Program-made: the position numbers and the translations under genes | In this document: positions 31,401 to 44,000 of the stretch, in pieces | How the letters are laid out: every line of letters starts with the position of its first letter | How positions within the stretch are numbered: the first letter of the stretch is position 1 | Notes under the pieces: model-generated | Databases searched by the model: none | The model's input: only the letters and a program-made list of their open reading frames with translations | What the model was told of the DNA's origin: nothing | Assembly: GCA_950097015.1 (NCBI GenBank) | Contig: CATNEN010000011.1 | Location: 2,790,001 to 2,854,000 of the forward strand | Origin: Macrostomum hystrix | Lineage: Eukaryota > Animalia > Platyhelminthes | Length of the DNA: 64,000 nucleotides | Direction: 5' to 3'

Positions 31401-34400
31401 TCTTATCTCAATGGATCTCACTCTCTAATCTCAATGTATCTCACTCTCAAATCTCAATGTATCTCACTCTCTAATCTCAATGTATCTCACTCTCTAATCT
31501 CAATGTATCTCACTCTCTAATCTCAATGTATCTCACTCTCAAATCTCAATAGATCTCACTCTCTTATCTCAATGGATCTCACTCTAATATTATTATTATT
31601 ATCAGTTCGCAGTCAAATCTCAGCAGTTCAATCTTATCCTATCAGTTTTTGTTTTTATAGTATTGCTTTAATAGAATTAGCCGCATATGCCAATCGGTAG
31701 CATGGAAACAAACCACCCTTAATAATTACCTGCGAGTCAACCTGAGCAGCCGACGGAAAGTCGAATTTGCCAGACAGTATTTTCTGATAGATCTGCATCG
31801 GGCTGTCATCATAAAATGGCGGAGTGCCAATCAGCATCTCGTAGATGAGCACGCCAAGAGCCCAATAGTCAACAGCTCGATTGTAGCCCTTGCCCATGAT
31901 GATCTCGGGAGCTGCGGCCGTTTGGGAGAATTTGTGGCAACGATAAAGTCTTTTCAATTTCCTTCCATTACACTTTCACTCTCCGTCCATCACTTTTCAC
32001 TCGTGCTTCCATCACATATTCACTCACCATTCCATCACACTTTCACTCTCTTTACATCACATTTTCACTCTCCAATCTCAATGGATCTCACTCTCACATT
32101 CTATCACATCTTCACTCTGGTGTCCATCACATTTTCACTCTGGTGTCCATCACATCTTCACTCTGGTGTCCATCATATTTTCACTCTGGTGTCCATCACA
32201 TCTTCACTCTGGTGTCCATCACATTTTCACTCTGGTGTCCATCACATCTTCACTCTGGTGTCCATCACATTTTCACTCTGGTGTCCATCACATTTTCACT
32301 CTGGTGTCCATCACATCTTCACTCTGGTGTCCATCATATTTTCACTCTGGTGTCCATCACATTTTCACTCTGGTGTCCATCACATTTTCACTCTGGTGTC
32401 CATCACATCTTCACTCTGGTGTCCATCACATTTTCACTCTGGTGTCCATCACATCTTCACTCTGGTGTCCATCATATTTTCACTCTGGTGTCCATCACAT
32501 TTTCACTCTGGTGTCCATCACATTTTCACTCTGGTGTCCATCACATTTTCACTCTGGTGTCCATCACATTTTCACTCTGGTGTCCATCACATTTTCACTC
32601 TCTAATCTCAATGGATCTCACTCTCACATTCTATCACATTTTCACTCTGGTGTCCATCACATTTTCACTCCGGTGTCCATCACATTTTCACTCTGGTGTC
32701 CATCACATTTTCACTCTGGTGTCCATCACATCTTCACTCTGGTGTCCATCATATTTTCACTCTGGTGTCCATCACATTTTCACTCTGGTGTCCATCACAT
32801 TTTCACTCTGGTGTCCATCACATCTTCACTCTGGTGTCCATCATATTTTCACTCTGGTGTCCATCACATTTTCACTCTGGTGTCCATCACATTTTCACTC
32901 TGGTGTCCATCACATCTTCACTCTGGTGTCCATCACATTTTCACTCTGGTGTCCATCACATTTTCACTCTGGTGTCCATCACATTTTCACTCTGGTGTCC
33001 ATCACATCTTCACTCTGGTGTCCATCACATCTTCACTCTGGTGTCCATCACATCTTCACTCTGGTGTCCATCACATCTTCACTCTGGTGTCCATCATATT
33101 TTCACTCTGGTGTCCATCACATCTTCACTCTGGTGTCCATCACATTTTCACTCTGGTGTCCATCACATCTTCACTCTGGTGTCCATCATATTTTCACTCT
33201 GGTGTCCATCACATCTTCACTCTGGTGTCCATCACATTTTCACTCTGGTGTCCATCACATCTTCACTCTGGTGTCCATCACATTTTCACTCTGGTGTCCA
33301 TCACATTTTCACTCTGGTGTCCATCACATCTTCACTCTGGTGTCCATCACATCTTCACTCTGGTGTCCATCACATTTTCACTCTGGTGTCCATCACATTT
33401 TCACTCTGGTGTCCATCACATTTTCACTCTGGTGTCCATCACATTTTCACTCTGGCGTCCATCACATTTTCACTCTGGTGTCCATCACATTTTCACTCTA
33501 CTTCCATCACATTTTCACTATACTTCCATCACATTTTAACTCTGGCTTCTATTACAGATTCACTCTCCATTCCATCACATTTTCACTCTCCATTCCATCA
33601 CATTTTCACTCTACTTCCATCACATTTTCACTCTACTTCCATCAAATTTTCACTATACTTCCATCACATTTTAACTCTGGCTTCTATTACAGATTCACTC
33701 TCCATTCCATCACATTTTCACTCTCCATTCCATCACATTTTCACTCTACTTCCATCACATTTTCACTATAGCTTTAATCACATTTTCACGATAGCTTTAA
33801 TGACATTTTCACTCTGGCTTCTATTACAGATTCACTCTCCATTCCATCACATTTTCACTCTCCATTCCATCACATTTTCACTCTCCATTCCATCACATTT
33901 TCACTCTACTTCCATCACATTTTCACTCTACTTCCATCAAATTTTCACTATACTTCCATCACATTTTAACTCTGGCTTCTATTACAGATTCACTCTCCAT
34001 TCCATCACATTTTCACTCTCCATTCCATCACCTTTTCACTCTAGCTTCCATCACATTTTCACTCTACTTCCATCACATTTTCACTCACCATTCCATCACA
34101 CTTTCACTATAGCTTCCATCACATTTTCACTCTAGCTTCCATCACATTTTCACTCTCCATTCCATCACATTTTCACTCTCCATTCCATCAGGCTTTTACT
34201 CTCAAAATGTTTAATTTATTTAATACCCAATTGACTAAGTCCGCCAGTCCATGGACTGAAAAAAGTACACAATGCTACTGGCTGCCAGTAACATTGTCAA
34301 ACTAACATGTTGTCAATCTGGGCTAGTTGTTGTGAATGTATAATAAAACCTAAAAAACAATGATTGCAAAGAAGTGAGAATGTAAGAATTTGTTAAATAA

Positions 34401-37400
34401 GTAAGTACTATAATTAAGATAAGAGAAGCGAAAAATCAGTCAATTTTGAATTAACCGAAGAAATTGAAAACAGAAACTTAGTTAAAACGAATTGCAACTA
34501 ACTTTCACCACTTTTTAGCCAAAGATTCAAATTCATTCTTCTTATCTCTAAATATGAAAGTCTTCTGCTAAAAAACTGTTATAAGTTACATTTTTTCAAA
34601 ATTTATTTTCATGCACAAATATTTTCGGGCTAGTGACTATTGACCATTTACCACAAATTGACCAAGTTGTGGCTGTTTGATAGGCCTAGTAACAAAAAAA
34701 TGTCAACTTTACAAACTATCTGACCCTAAATGACCCCAGATAAAAACAAGTATATATTTTTATTAACTATCGCCCAGCTGCTCATTTCTCACAAAAGCTT
34801 GAACAACAGGCAAGCGACATGGCATAGCAGACATGAACTATTAGGTCAATATTTTAGTTCATGACCTTAATAATTGTTCTACGAGTGCATCAGTGTTCCC
34901 ACTCCAATCTACCCATTTTTCCTCCGCAGCCTAAAGAAAATTCCGCAGATAGCTTAACCTATTAAATATGATAAGATTTTCAACAAAACTATGGAAAAAA
35001 ACTTTTGAACAAGCATTTTTTTAAACTCAAAATAAGTAAGCAAGTCTAAGTCAATGTATTCTAGACTTCCAGTTTACAATCAAGTTGTCAACCCATCACA
35101 TTGGCTGTGGATGGCAAAAAGTTCTTTTTATTCTACTTTAACGAAAAAACAATGGCTGGCTCAATGTTTGCACTTTACGGAAAAGATTTGACGTGTCACG
35201 TGACACACAGGCACAACTGCTATTTAGTTACAACTACAAGCATTAAACATTCTTTAGGTTCTATTCAACTGTTAATAAAAGTAAAACTAATTAAGTAAAG
35301 TTAACTACTAGAGATACAATACTTTGCTTATTAATTAGACTGCTGCCAAGACTAGAGATTGGACAGGATGAAGATTTTTGGGATTGGGATTCCTAATTTC
35401 GGGAATCGGGATTGCAATTCATGATTGAATTTCAGGTTTCAGCATTTAAAGATATGAATATATAAGATGGTTGGATGGGATCTCAAAATAATTTCAGAAT
35501 CATGATCATGAGTTTGGCCAGGATCCCAGGCTTTTGTGATCGGGATCCAATCCTACCTCTAGTCAAGACGCGTGACATTGTCTTATTAGTTACTAGTACG
35601 CCCCATTGTTCTGTTTTCTAGTGATTTGCATATCATCTTGGCGGCCTTTTTCAGTGCTTCTGCAGCCAGCTCGTCTTGAGTCTTCAACTTTCGCTTCAGC
35701 AGCTTGGCGTCATCATGTAGAGCTTTGGCCTCTCGCTCTTCTAAAGTCCTCATTTTTTTCTGATACTCGAGCAGCATAGCCGAAGCAGCTCGCTTCTCAG
35801 CTTCAATTATTTCACGCTCTGCAGCCAACTTTTTTTCAGCCGCCTCCAATTCCATCTTCTTCTTGTTTACTTCAATCTCAGCAGCAAGCTGCTCTTCCAA
35901 CTGTTTAGCGGCAATCCGTGCATCTTTCTTGGCCTTATCAGCATCTCTTTGCTGTTGAAGGAATTCCATGTACACTGAACGAGCCTTCCCAGCAGACTGA
36001 ACGTAGACGTCTGTCAATGGAAAGTTTTCGCAGGTTGTAGGCTCCTCACCAACTAGCCCAGATTGGCGGATGTAGTGTCGAACAAAAAGGCAGGCATCAA
36101 TAGACAATTCACCAAGCTTGTTGCGTTTTTTCGTTAACAAGTCCGATAACTCGCTAAAGACTCGCTCTACTGCAGCGTTGCCTGGCTGAATGGTCAGAGC
36201 ACCCAAAGCTAGTCGGGTTAGTGTGCCGTACTTTTTTTGACCACCAAGCTCTAGGGCTGACACGCGAAGCCAAAATGTAACCACATCATTGTCCTTAGCC
36301 AAAGCCACTACCTGTTGGTCAACGAGGAAGCATCGCCATTCGGAATCAATTTTTGATACGGAATCAGGTGTATATTCCATTTGTTTGGCTAGGTTACATG
36401 CAGCAAGCGATGTAGTAGCTGCTGCGAGACCGACTTTCATAGGATATTGCGGATCCAGAAATTGTAGCGAGCGTAAGACAGGATTCGACAGAGGCAAATG
36501 TTCTTGCAAGTACAATGCAAGTTCACGATAGAAGGTGCGAACACGTAGGAAAAAGAGCTTCTGTTGAGTGTCCGACAAGCCTTTTTTTAATGTCTCTTTA
36601 GCTGCTTCGCCGATAAAGATGGCTTCATTAGAGAGGAAGTATTTGCCTTCCAACGACAAATTTCTCAAATGTCGATTGTTCTCCTGAATGTGCGCTGGAT
36701 TTAAAAAGAATGACAAAGTCTGCCTAAACAAATTGCGGACTTCTCCATGCAAAAGATGGACACACGGCTCCTCTGTCTGAAATGCCTTCTCGAATTGGTC
36801 TAGATGCGGCAAGACAGCAGCCAGAAATTGCAGATTAAGCAGTGTATGCGTCGACTTTAGGTGCTCAGCAATTTCTTTGGTCTTTTTGGTCTTTTGCTCA
36901 ATCAGAGATGGATTCTTCACAAAGAATTCTTCCAGAGAATCATATTGCTCAATAAGCCTATTAACAACAGGCAAAAGCTGCACCCATCTTGTTTCAACGC
37001 GCCGCAACATGCGATGCTGGGCCACTTGAAGCAGTGACTGAACTTTGTTATAACGCGTCCACCTTTTCGAGGTCTGAAAGTAGGAGAACACTTCATCAGC
37101 GAAGTCCTCTACATTTCCATCAAAGGCTTCACATGCACGTCGAACCGCATTGGAGACAATATGCAAACTGCATGGTCCAATGGAAACAAGATGAGATGCA
37201 AAGTCATGCATTATTTTTTGGAAGCCGTTAAACTTTCCAACCATAACTGCTGGTCCATCTGTTGATATGCTAACACAGTTCCTAATCGGAATGTTGAATT
37301 CATCGAGAATCTTCAAAACTTCCTCTTTCAGAGCAGCGGCTGAGCAGTCAGAAACTTCAACTGTTTTCAAGGCAGTTGTACACAGCCTTCCCTTCTTCGA

Positions 37401-40400
37401 CGACACAAATGATATTACAACTGCCATGTGCTTTCGTGCCCCATCAGATGACTCGTCAATAGAAAGGGAAAACAGTCCGCAGCCAGAGTTCAAGTCTTGA
37501 ATCATCTCATCACGCATCACTGGTGCAAGAGCGTGATTAACAAGATAGCACAGTTTTGTGCGATGGCACTTCATGTCTTGAGCAATTTTGCTATCATGAA
37601 ACATAGCTGGGTACACACCCGAGTGGTCGGCTGTATTGTACGCAATATTGTGCTCAATAAAATGGATTCCAAGTCGCAGCTCTGCCATTAGCACTTCTGC
37701 GTCAGCCTTCTTCATGGCAGTGAAAGATGGCTTGCTGCCTTGAGTAGGAAAAAAGTGTGCTATCCCAGTCTCATTCATGACTGGCAATCGACTCTTGTGC
37801 TTCTTGCCTTGGGCGTGGGCTGTAACTGCGCCGAACCCACTAGTGCCGAGGTGAAATGATTTTTTGCACACGGTGCAGAAGCCAAGCAGTTCGTCACTTC
37901 GATCAGGCTGAAGCCACTCGCTAAGGACTCGTCCATCAATGGATCGCTGTAACCACTCATGTCGAAATGCTGTTGCACGAGGCTTGCTTAGAGACATCTC
38001 ACTACGAGGGTACGAGCGTATTCTCAGAATATTTTTTCAGTTATTGTCTTATTGAGTTAAACGCAAGTCGCAAAGGCAGCAAAGCTGAAAAATAAGTTGA
38101 GCTACTTTGTAAAGTCTTTCTAGCCAACCTGATCTATTTAATTAACTATTGGTATTGACTCATTAAACTCGCTTCCAGACTCATTAGGTTCCAATTTCCA
38201 TTCTAGCTCTATGCGAAAAACTAAGTTTCCTAGTAAGAGGGTGGCGGTGGAACATAGACTAAACTAAGAACTACAATCAATAAAGAAATGAACTTTTAAA
38301 CAGTAGTATAATGTGTACAAATAATTAAGGAGAATTCCAACAAATAGAAAATACTAGATATTGACAAATATATATATATATAAGATATTTAGTATATAGA
38401 TTGTATAAAACTAAAGTGTGTCCTCAATTCCTCATATATTCAAATATCAGAGCAAAATCGGAGCAACCAAATTTCCGCAGATTGCAAAATTCCTCTTGAT
38501 TTTCCACAGGCGAGCCAGAAATTCCGCATTGCGGAATTTCCGCAGGTAGTGGGAACACTGGAGTGCATGTTTAATATCTATAAAAGGCACAATACAATGC
38601 CACATTTTTCAGATGCTAAAAACTCTACAAAATTCCATCTAAACTTGTTGATTTTGGTTCCATAAAAACCGCTGCCTACAGAAAAGTGCCTACATGAATG
38701 GTCCTCCAAAAAATAAGTGTTTGTTTCAAGCAAACAATCAGTTGCGCTAAATATTTGAAGAGACGCAGAAAAGTTTTTTTCTTTTACGAGGAGGAAAACT
38801 CACTTTACATTATCATAACCGAAATCTAACCCTAAATAAACCCTAAGACATAATCTGACACAGAATAAGAAATTCTAAACATGCAATAATTCGATCTAAT
38901 ATTTAGTTAGTTATCTAATGCTTAGGAGACATTGGTTCTCTGCTGCTGGGGGGACATTGGTTCTCTGCTGCTGGGGGGACATTGGTTCTCTGCTGCTGGG
39001 GGGACATTGGTTCTTTGCTGCTGGGGGGACATTGGTTCTCTTCTGCTGGGGGGACATTGGTTCTCTGCTGCTGGGGGGACATTGGTTCTCTGCTGCTGGG
39101 GGGACATTGGTTCTCTGCTGCTGGGGGGACATTGGTTCTCTGCTGCTGGGGGGAAATTGGTTCTCTGCTGCTGGGGGGACATTGGTTCTCTGCTGCTGGG
39201 GGACATTGGTTCTCTGCTGCTGGGGGGACATTGGTTCTCTGCTGCTGGGGGACATTGGTTCTCTGCTGCTGGGGGACATTGGTTCTCTGCTGCTGGGGGG
39301 ACATTGGTTCTCTGCTGCTGGGGGGACATTGGTTCTCTGCTGCTGGGGGGACATTGATTCTCTGCTGCTGGGGGGACATTGGTTCTCTGCTGCTGGGGGG
39401 ACATTGGTTCTCTGCTGCTGCTAAACCGCTGACTAAGCCAGTGATTTCCTTGAGCTGAGATTCGAACTCCAGACCTCTCGGACACTGAGAGAAGTCTAAA
39501 CCGCTGACTAAGCCAGTGATTTCCTTGAGCTGAGATTCGAACTCCAGACCTCTCGGACACTGAGAGAAGTCTAAACCGCTGACTAAGCCAGTGATTTCCT
39601 TGAGCTGAGATTCGAACTCCAGACCTCTCGGACAGTGATAGAAGTTTAAAGCTCTAACTAAAGGCATAAAACCCACAGATTTCCTGGAACTGAGATTCGA
39701 ACTCCAGATCTCCCAGGCACTCATTGAAGACTCAAGCTATAACCACTGGCCAATATTCCGTTTTCTTTAAGTTCAGAATCGAACTCCAGACCCTGCGGGC
39801 ACTAAATATGTACAAACTCACCAAGATACTCAGGCGTGCCGCACATGGTGTAAGTTCGATCTTTGAGCACTTTAGCGAAGCCAAAATCTGTAATCTTCAA
39901 ATGACCGCGCGCGTCTAACAACAGATTCTCAGGCTTGAGATCTCGATAGACAACGGACATGTCGTGCAGGTACATGATGGCAGACAGAATCTCGGCCGAG
40001 TAGAACAGAGTGGCAGCATTTGTGAACGTGCCAAAGTTGCGCAGATAACTGAATATTTCACCGCCGCAGACAAATTCAAGCACCATGTACAGAAATTTCA
40101 CATCGTGATTAGTCCAATAAAGCCTTACTAGAAACGGATGACTAACACTGTTCAATATGGCCTTCTCATTCTTGACATGTTCGACCTGTTTGAGCCGCAT
40201 AATATCGTCAATTACTAAGATTTTCAGAGCAAAATATTCGCCAGTAAGCTTCTCTCGGATGACCATCACGCGGCCAAATGTTCCAGTGCCGACTGTTCTT
40301 AATAATTCTGCATTGCGCAGGGAGAATTTTCCCCAATCGACTGAGGATGGCGGATCCTGCTGCTGCTGCTGTTGCTGTTCGGAAACTAATTGCAAACTCT

Positions 40401-40443
40401 GCACAGAGGAAGCCAGTGTCTCTGTAACAACACCCTCAGCCAT
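28484..40443 (-). CDS. PRKX: cAMP-dependent protein kinase catalytic subunit, PRKX type, 356 aa (exons 39822-40443, 31730-31911, 28484-28750)
   Basis: [54 protein letters not shown]. Splice phases 1 and 0 are consistent (622+182+267=1071 nt). Confidence 0.9.
28825..31585 (+). repeat. 23-bp minisatellite (tctcaatagatctcactctctaa)n filling PRKX intron 2
   Basis: Tandem units. Confidence 0.97.
31960..34195 (+). repeat. 23-bp minisatellite (cacattttcactctggtgtccat)n in PRKX intron 1
   Basis: Tandem units, diverging to an ...ctacttccat/ctccattccat variant after ~33500. Confidence 0.97.
35353..35561. mobile_element. ~209-bp hAT-type MITE nested in the 3' UTR of the hAT element
   Basis: Ends TAGAG...CTCTA; flanking gccaagac / gtcaagac (7/8) look like an 8-bp TSD; internal gggatc/gggatt repeats. 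Confidence 0.55.
35586..37997 (-). CDS. hAT transposase, 803 aa, intact
   Basis: N-terminal BED-like finger (CTVC...H...H), SIDES, STDG, CSLH, TRW and AVERVFS dimerisation motif; K/E/A-rich coiled-coil tail. Confidence 0.92.
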   Translation of the reverse strand: MSLSKPRATAFRHEWLQRSIDGRVLSEWLQPDRSDELLGFCTVCKKSFHLGTSGFGAVTAHAQGKKHKSRLPVMNETGIAHFFPTQGSKPSFTAMKKADAEVLMAELRLGIHFIEHNIAYNTADHSGVYPAMFHDSKIAQDMKCHRTKLCYLVNHALAPVMRDEMIQDLNSGCGLFSLSIDESSDGARKHMAVVISFVSSKKGRLCTTALKTVEVSDCSAAALKEEVLKILDEFNIPIRNCVSISTDGPAVMVGKFNGFQKIMHDFASHLVSIGPCSLHIVSNAVRRACEAFDGNVEDFADEVFSYFQTSKRWTRYNKVQSLLQVAQHRMLRRVETRWVQLLPVVNRLIEQYDSLEEFFVKNPSLIEQKTKKTKEIAEHLKSTHTLLNLQFLAAVLPHLDQFEKAFQTEEPCVHLLHGEVRNLFRQTLSFFLNPAHIQENNRHLRNLSLEGKYFLSNEAIFIGEAAKETLKKGLSDTQQKLFFLRVRTFYRELALYLQEHLPLSNPVLRSLQFLDPQYPMKVGLAAATTSLAACNLAKQMEYTPDSVSKIDSEWRCFLVDQQVVALAKDNDVVTFWLRVSALELGGQKKYGTLTRLALGALTIQPGNAAVERVFSELSDLLTKKRNKLGELSIDACLFVRHYIRQSGLVGEEPTTCENFPLTDVYVQSAGKARSVYMEFLQQQRDADKAKKDARIAAKQLEEQLAAEIEVNKKKMELEAAEKKLAAEREIIEAEKRAASAMLLEYQKKMRTLEEREAKALHDDAKLLKRKLKTQDELAAEALKKAAKMICKSLENRTMGRTSN
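38925..39420 (+). repeat. ~26-bp minisatellite (ggacattggttctctgctgctggggg)n
   Basis: Tandem units with variable G-run. Confidence 0.95.
39421..39800 (-). repeat. 75-bp tandem array of tRNA-like units (3 near-identical + ~2 diverged)
   Basis: Units start at 39421, 39496 and 39571. The minus strand has A-box-like TGGCTTAGTCAGCGG and B-box GGAGTTCGAATCTC. Confidence 0.75.
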
Positions 40444-40728
40444 GGGGTCTGTGCTGCTTGATCAAGTCTCCAAAATTGTTGAATGAAAGATTTGCTTTAA
40501 CAAATGATCTCAAACTGAGGCCTGAAAAGGACGTTAACAAAGTTTTTAAGTGAATGATTAAATTAAGGGAATAAAAAACTTACAGCCTTTAATATAAAAT
40601 AAATTAACCTAATTCATTGCTTGGGGAGTAAAAACAGATAGGCTTTTTGTGAAATAAAAGTTTTTTAGAAACAAACTGTCTTTTCAATACTATCTGAGCT
40701 TTCCTACATCAAAAGCTAAGCAATGAAA

Positions 40729-41072
40729 GGTGAGTGGCAGATTGGTTTGCCTTTCACAACAAGCTTGATTCTGCCGCAAGGCCCCATTCAATTGTGGCAC
40801 AGCCACGGAGAGAAGGCATGAGGAGCTTGTTGTGCCAATAATGCCAATGAGGGCCAACCTCCAAGGCACAATGAAGTGCACACTGCCTGTCAATGAGAAA
40901 GTCAGTGCAGATGTTTACACCTGTGTGAGTGTATGTCTGTGTCTGTGCATCTGTGTCTGTACATGCTCAGGAGTCAGCAAAAGGGACAGAATTGACTCCT
41001 TGCTAGCTGTGGGTCTAGTTTTGCCAAACAACATGCCATTGCCTGCAGCTTGCCTGCAAATTATTATTATTA
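40729..41072 (+). mobile_element. tRNA-derived SINE family A, longest copy, (att)n tail
   Basis: Homologous to 24328-24515 and 56872-57130 (gagaaagtcag.gcagatg, gctcaggagtca, gggtctagt, ctgcaaattattatt). Confidence 0.65.
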
Positions 41073-44000
41073 AGCTAACCAAGCTAACCATAAAACACTG
41101 TAAATAGTTCACTGTATAGCTAGAACTAGCTTCTATTACATAAATGCTTAAAGATAGTGAGTATATATACAAATTAACATATTTTTAAGACAGAACACTT
41201 TAGTCTACCAAAGCTTTAAGTACATTGTTAAAGTATGTGAAACTGATTGAAATTATTCATTCAGCTGTGAGCCAATGCAATTGATGAATATAGAAGTTTT
41301 ACACTCATTATACCCAAAATTGTATAGATATTTGAATTATCAGGAAAATATTTGCAAAAAACTAAGACATGTGCATAGAATTCAAACAAATATAGAATAA
41401 ATTATTAAATAATATATTATTAAAGGTAAGAGATAGGTAAAATATATATAATTAAAAAAAATGAAAATGTACAAAATTGTGTGTCTACACAACTGATGTA
41501 AGTTATAAATATATTATTTTTATGTGACATTTAAATTATGCTTTTAGATAGGTAGGCCCTACTCTTAATTTTTAACAATACTTTTACTTTACCCTATAAA
41601 TATAAGGCACTTAAGAGTCAATAGAATGGGTGAAATTAGGTCATTGTTGGTTAGCTATGAATCCTACTATTGCCACTCTCATGATAAAAAATAAACAGAA
41701 CAAGCCTATTTTAGTACTAGGGCCTAGCCATCTTTTTACCTCTCTTGACTTTTAATAAATATTATTCTAAACACATTAAAACATAATTGCAATGCTTACA
41801 CTCTTGGACACTAGGCCTACTTTTAATTATTTTTTTCTTTTTATTGAAAAAGGATTTTTCTTAAAATCTAGCCAATTTAAAGTAGCTTTTAGCTACTCCA
41901 AGCTACACTAAGCAAGTGCTATGTCCATAACAGCAGAAACAAGACTAGTAGCTAAGTAGCATAGATCAATAGAATGAAAAATTATCTGCAGCTAATTGAG
42001 CTTAATTCTTATATAAGCCTTAAGTACTCAATTAATTGATAGCGCCTCTTTAAAAAATATGGCACTTAAGTATTTATGTTCAATTAATATGTTATACACA
42101 CTATAATACTGTTTAGTTTTATTGATTCCTTCCAAATCGAATATTGCTAAAAATGTTTAGAAGCTTAGGGCTATAGCTAGCTATACAATAAAAAACGACA
42201 GCGTAATTTCATTTTCAACTCTACTTGTGTAAGTTGTCATCGGAATAAACTTAACCATGGCATAAAAAGCTAATAGGAGACTAACTAATTGTTTGTGAAT
42301 AACAAACATATAACCTCGCGATAACTCAAGACACTTGTTTTGCAATTTAAATCGAGTTGTAATTCTGATTGTTGCGTTAAACTTAGTTCACTTAGAAAAT
42401 TTAGTCATACAAAAAGAACAAACAATATATTTGTTATATATATTTGCAATTAAATGCAACTAGGCCCTAGCAACCAATTGTTACCATTTTTGTGAAAGTT
42501 TATTTGAATTATTGTAAAGAATAAACTCGGAACTCGAGTTTTTGGCTGCTTTAAGTTTTACAGAGACAATACAGTTTTATAGTAAGCGTTATTAAATTAT
42601 TTTTATGCTTTCTGTTTCTGCTGCCTGTGAGTGTGGCAGTCTTGGTCTTATGCCTTCTCTTAAAAGTTATTGCTCAATGCCAGGCCCAGTACCAGGTAGA
42701 GCGAGAGGCAGTTAGCCTATTGTTACTAGGGCCTATGGGTTTAGTAAATTAGTGTAAACTGAATAGCTTTATAATTATATGACCAGATGTTTATAGATAA
42801 TAGTTTCCAGGACACTTATCCTAAAACAATTTCATCTAGGCCTACTTATGTTCTTTTAACTTTCTTTCATATCATCTGCATATTTTATTTTTTATATACT
42901 ACTATAGTCATATGCCCCTAGGACACTTTGTCATTTAGTCTATTTAGTTTCTAGTTTAGTTTTAGTTCTAGTGAAACAGTTTTATATACAAGCAGCAATA
43001 CAACCAATACTATATTATATTAAAAAGTTTAATTGTGCTGACAAATTTGTCTTTATTCCATTCCTGCACTCTGTATATCAGTAATCAAAATCAGTTAATG
43101 TCCCTTTACAAAGGCTCTAGCTAGGCCTTATTGTCATTAGTTATAACAGTAGCTAGCCTATCAGTATTAATTAGCTAGGTGGCAAGGCTAGAGTTCCATG
43201 TATTTTGGTACCATGCATTTTTAATACTAGTGCATAGGCCTAGGGCCTATACCTTTTTCCATTCAATTTCAACAAAACTCGCATTCAATTTTGGCAAGCC
43301 GACAATCAAATTCGTCAGTTTATATTTAGCTTGACAAATCAACATTCAATTTTGTATTTTTTATCAACATTTTCTCTCCCCTTTTTCCTCTTCTTCATGC
43401 CTTCCTTTTTTGTCCATTGGTCCCCCCCTTTGATTTTTTTGCGCTTGGTCAATTGGTTTTTGCGACTTACCTTGCTTGGCCCTTGTTTCACCCGGCCGGT
43501 TCGGCCAGGTCAGCCGGGTGTTGCGCATGTATGACTATATGTCTAGTGTCAAGGACTGTTCAAAAGGTCATGAAAAAACTAGGAAAGCTTGTTATATTAA
43601 ATAATCTTTAGCTAAGTTTTCAATAGACCTTATCTTGATAAGATGTTTGTTTTGTTTGGCTAGACTTGGACAAAACATATATATTAATTTTACATTAACA
43701 CTATTGTCACTAGGGTAATGTATCATCAACCAAACAAGAATGTGTATTTTTTTACTTCAAACATAAGCTACAGATTTTCTATTTAAGATATGATGATAAA
43801 TCAAAAGCCAAGTTATAGAAAACAGTTACATCTTTTTAAAAAGTATCTGCTTTTGCTATTTTATCAAATAGAAAAAAGTTATTCCTGCTTTATATCTAAA
43901 ACCGAGCAATGATTTTCATGTATCTTCAAACCAAACAGAGAATTTGATATTTTTCGTTTTACAATTTGAGTAAGTGGTTTAATCTTATTTTAAGGAGTGA

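Larger units (their letters stand above)
34891..38560 (-). mobile_element. Autonomous-looking hAT DNA transposon, 3670 bp, in PRKX intron 1
   Basis: 13-bp TIRs cagtgttcccact / agtgggaacactg; perfect 8-bp TSD gagtgcat (34883-34890, 38561-38568); subterminal ttccgc repeats. Confidence 0.95.

Noticed and set aside
31922-34135. Long His/Ser/Phe-rich ORFs up to 542 aa
   Set aside because: Products of a 23-bp intronic array antisense to PRKX.
39421-39645. Cluster of true tRNA genes
   Set aside because: No acceptor stem or 7-nt anticodon loop; reported as tRNA-like repeats instead.
38911-39724. Six overlapping repetitive ORFs
   Set aside because: 26-bp and 75-bp tandem repeats lacking stops.
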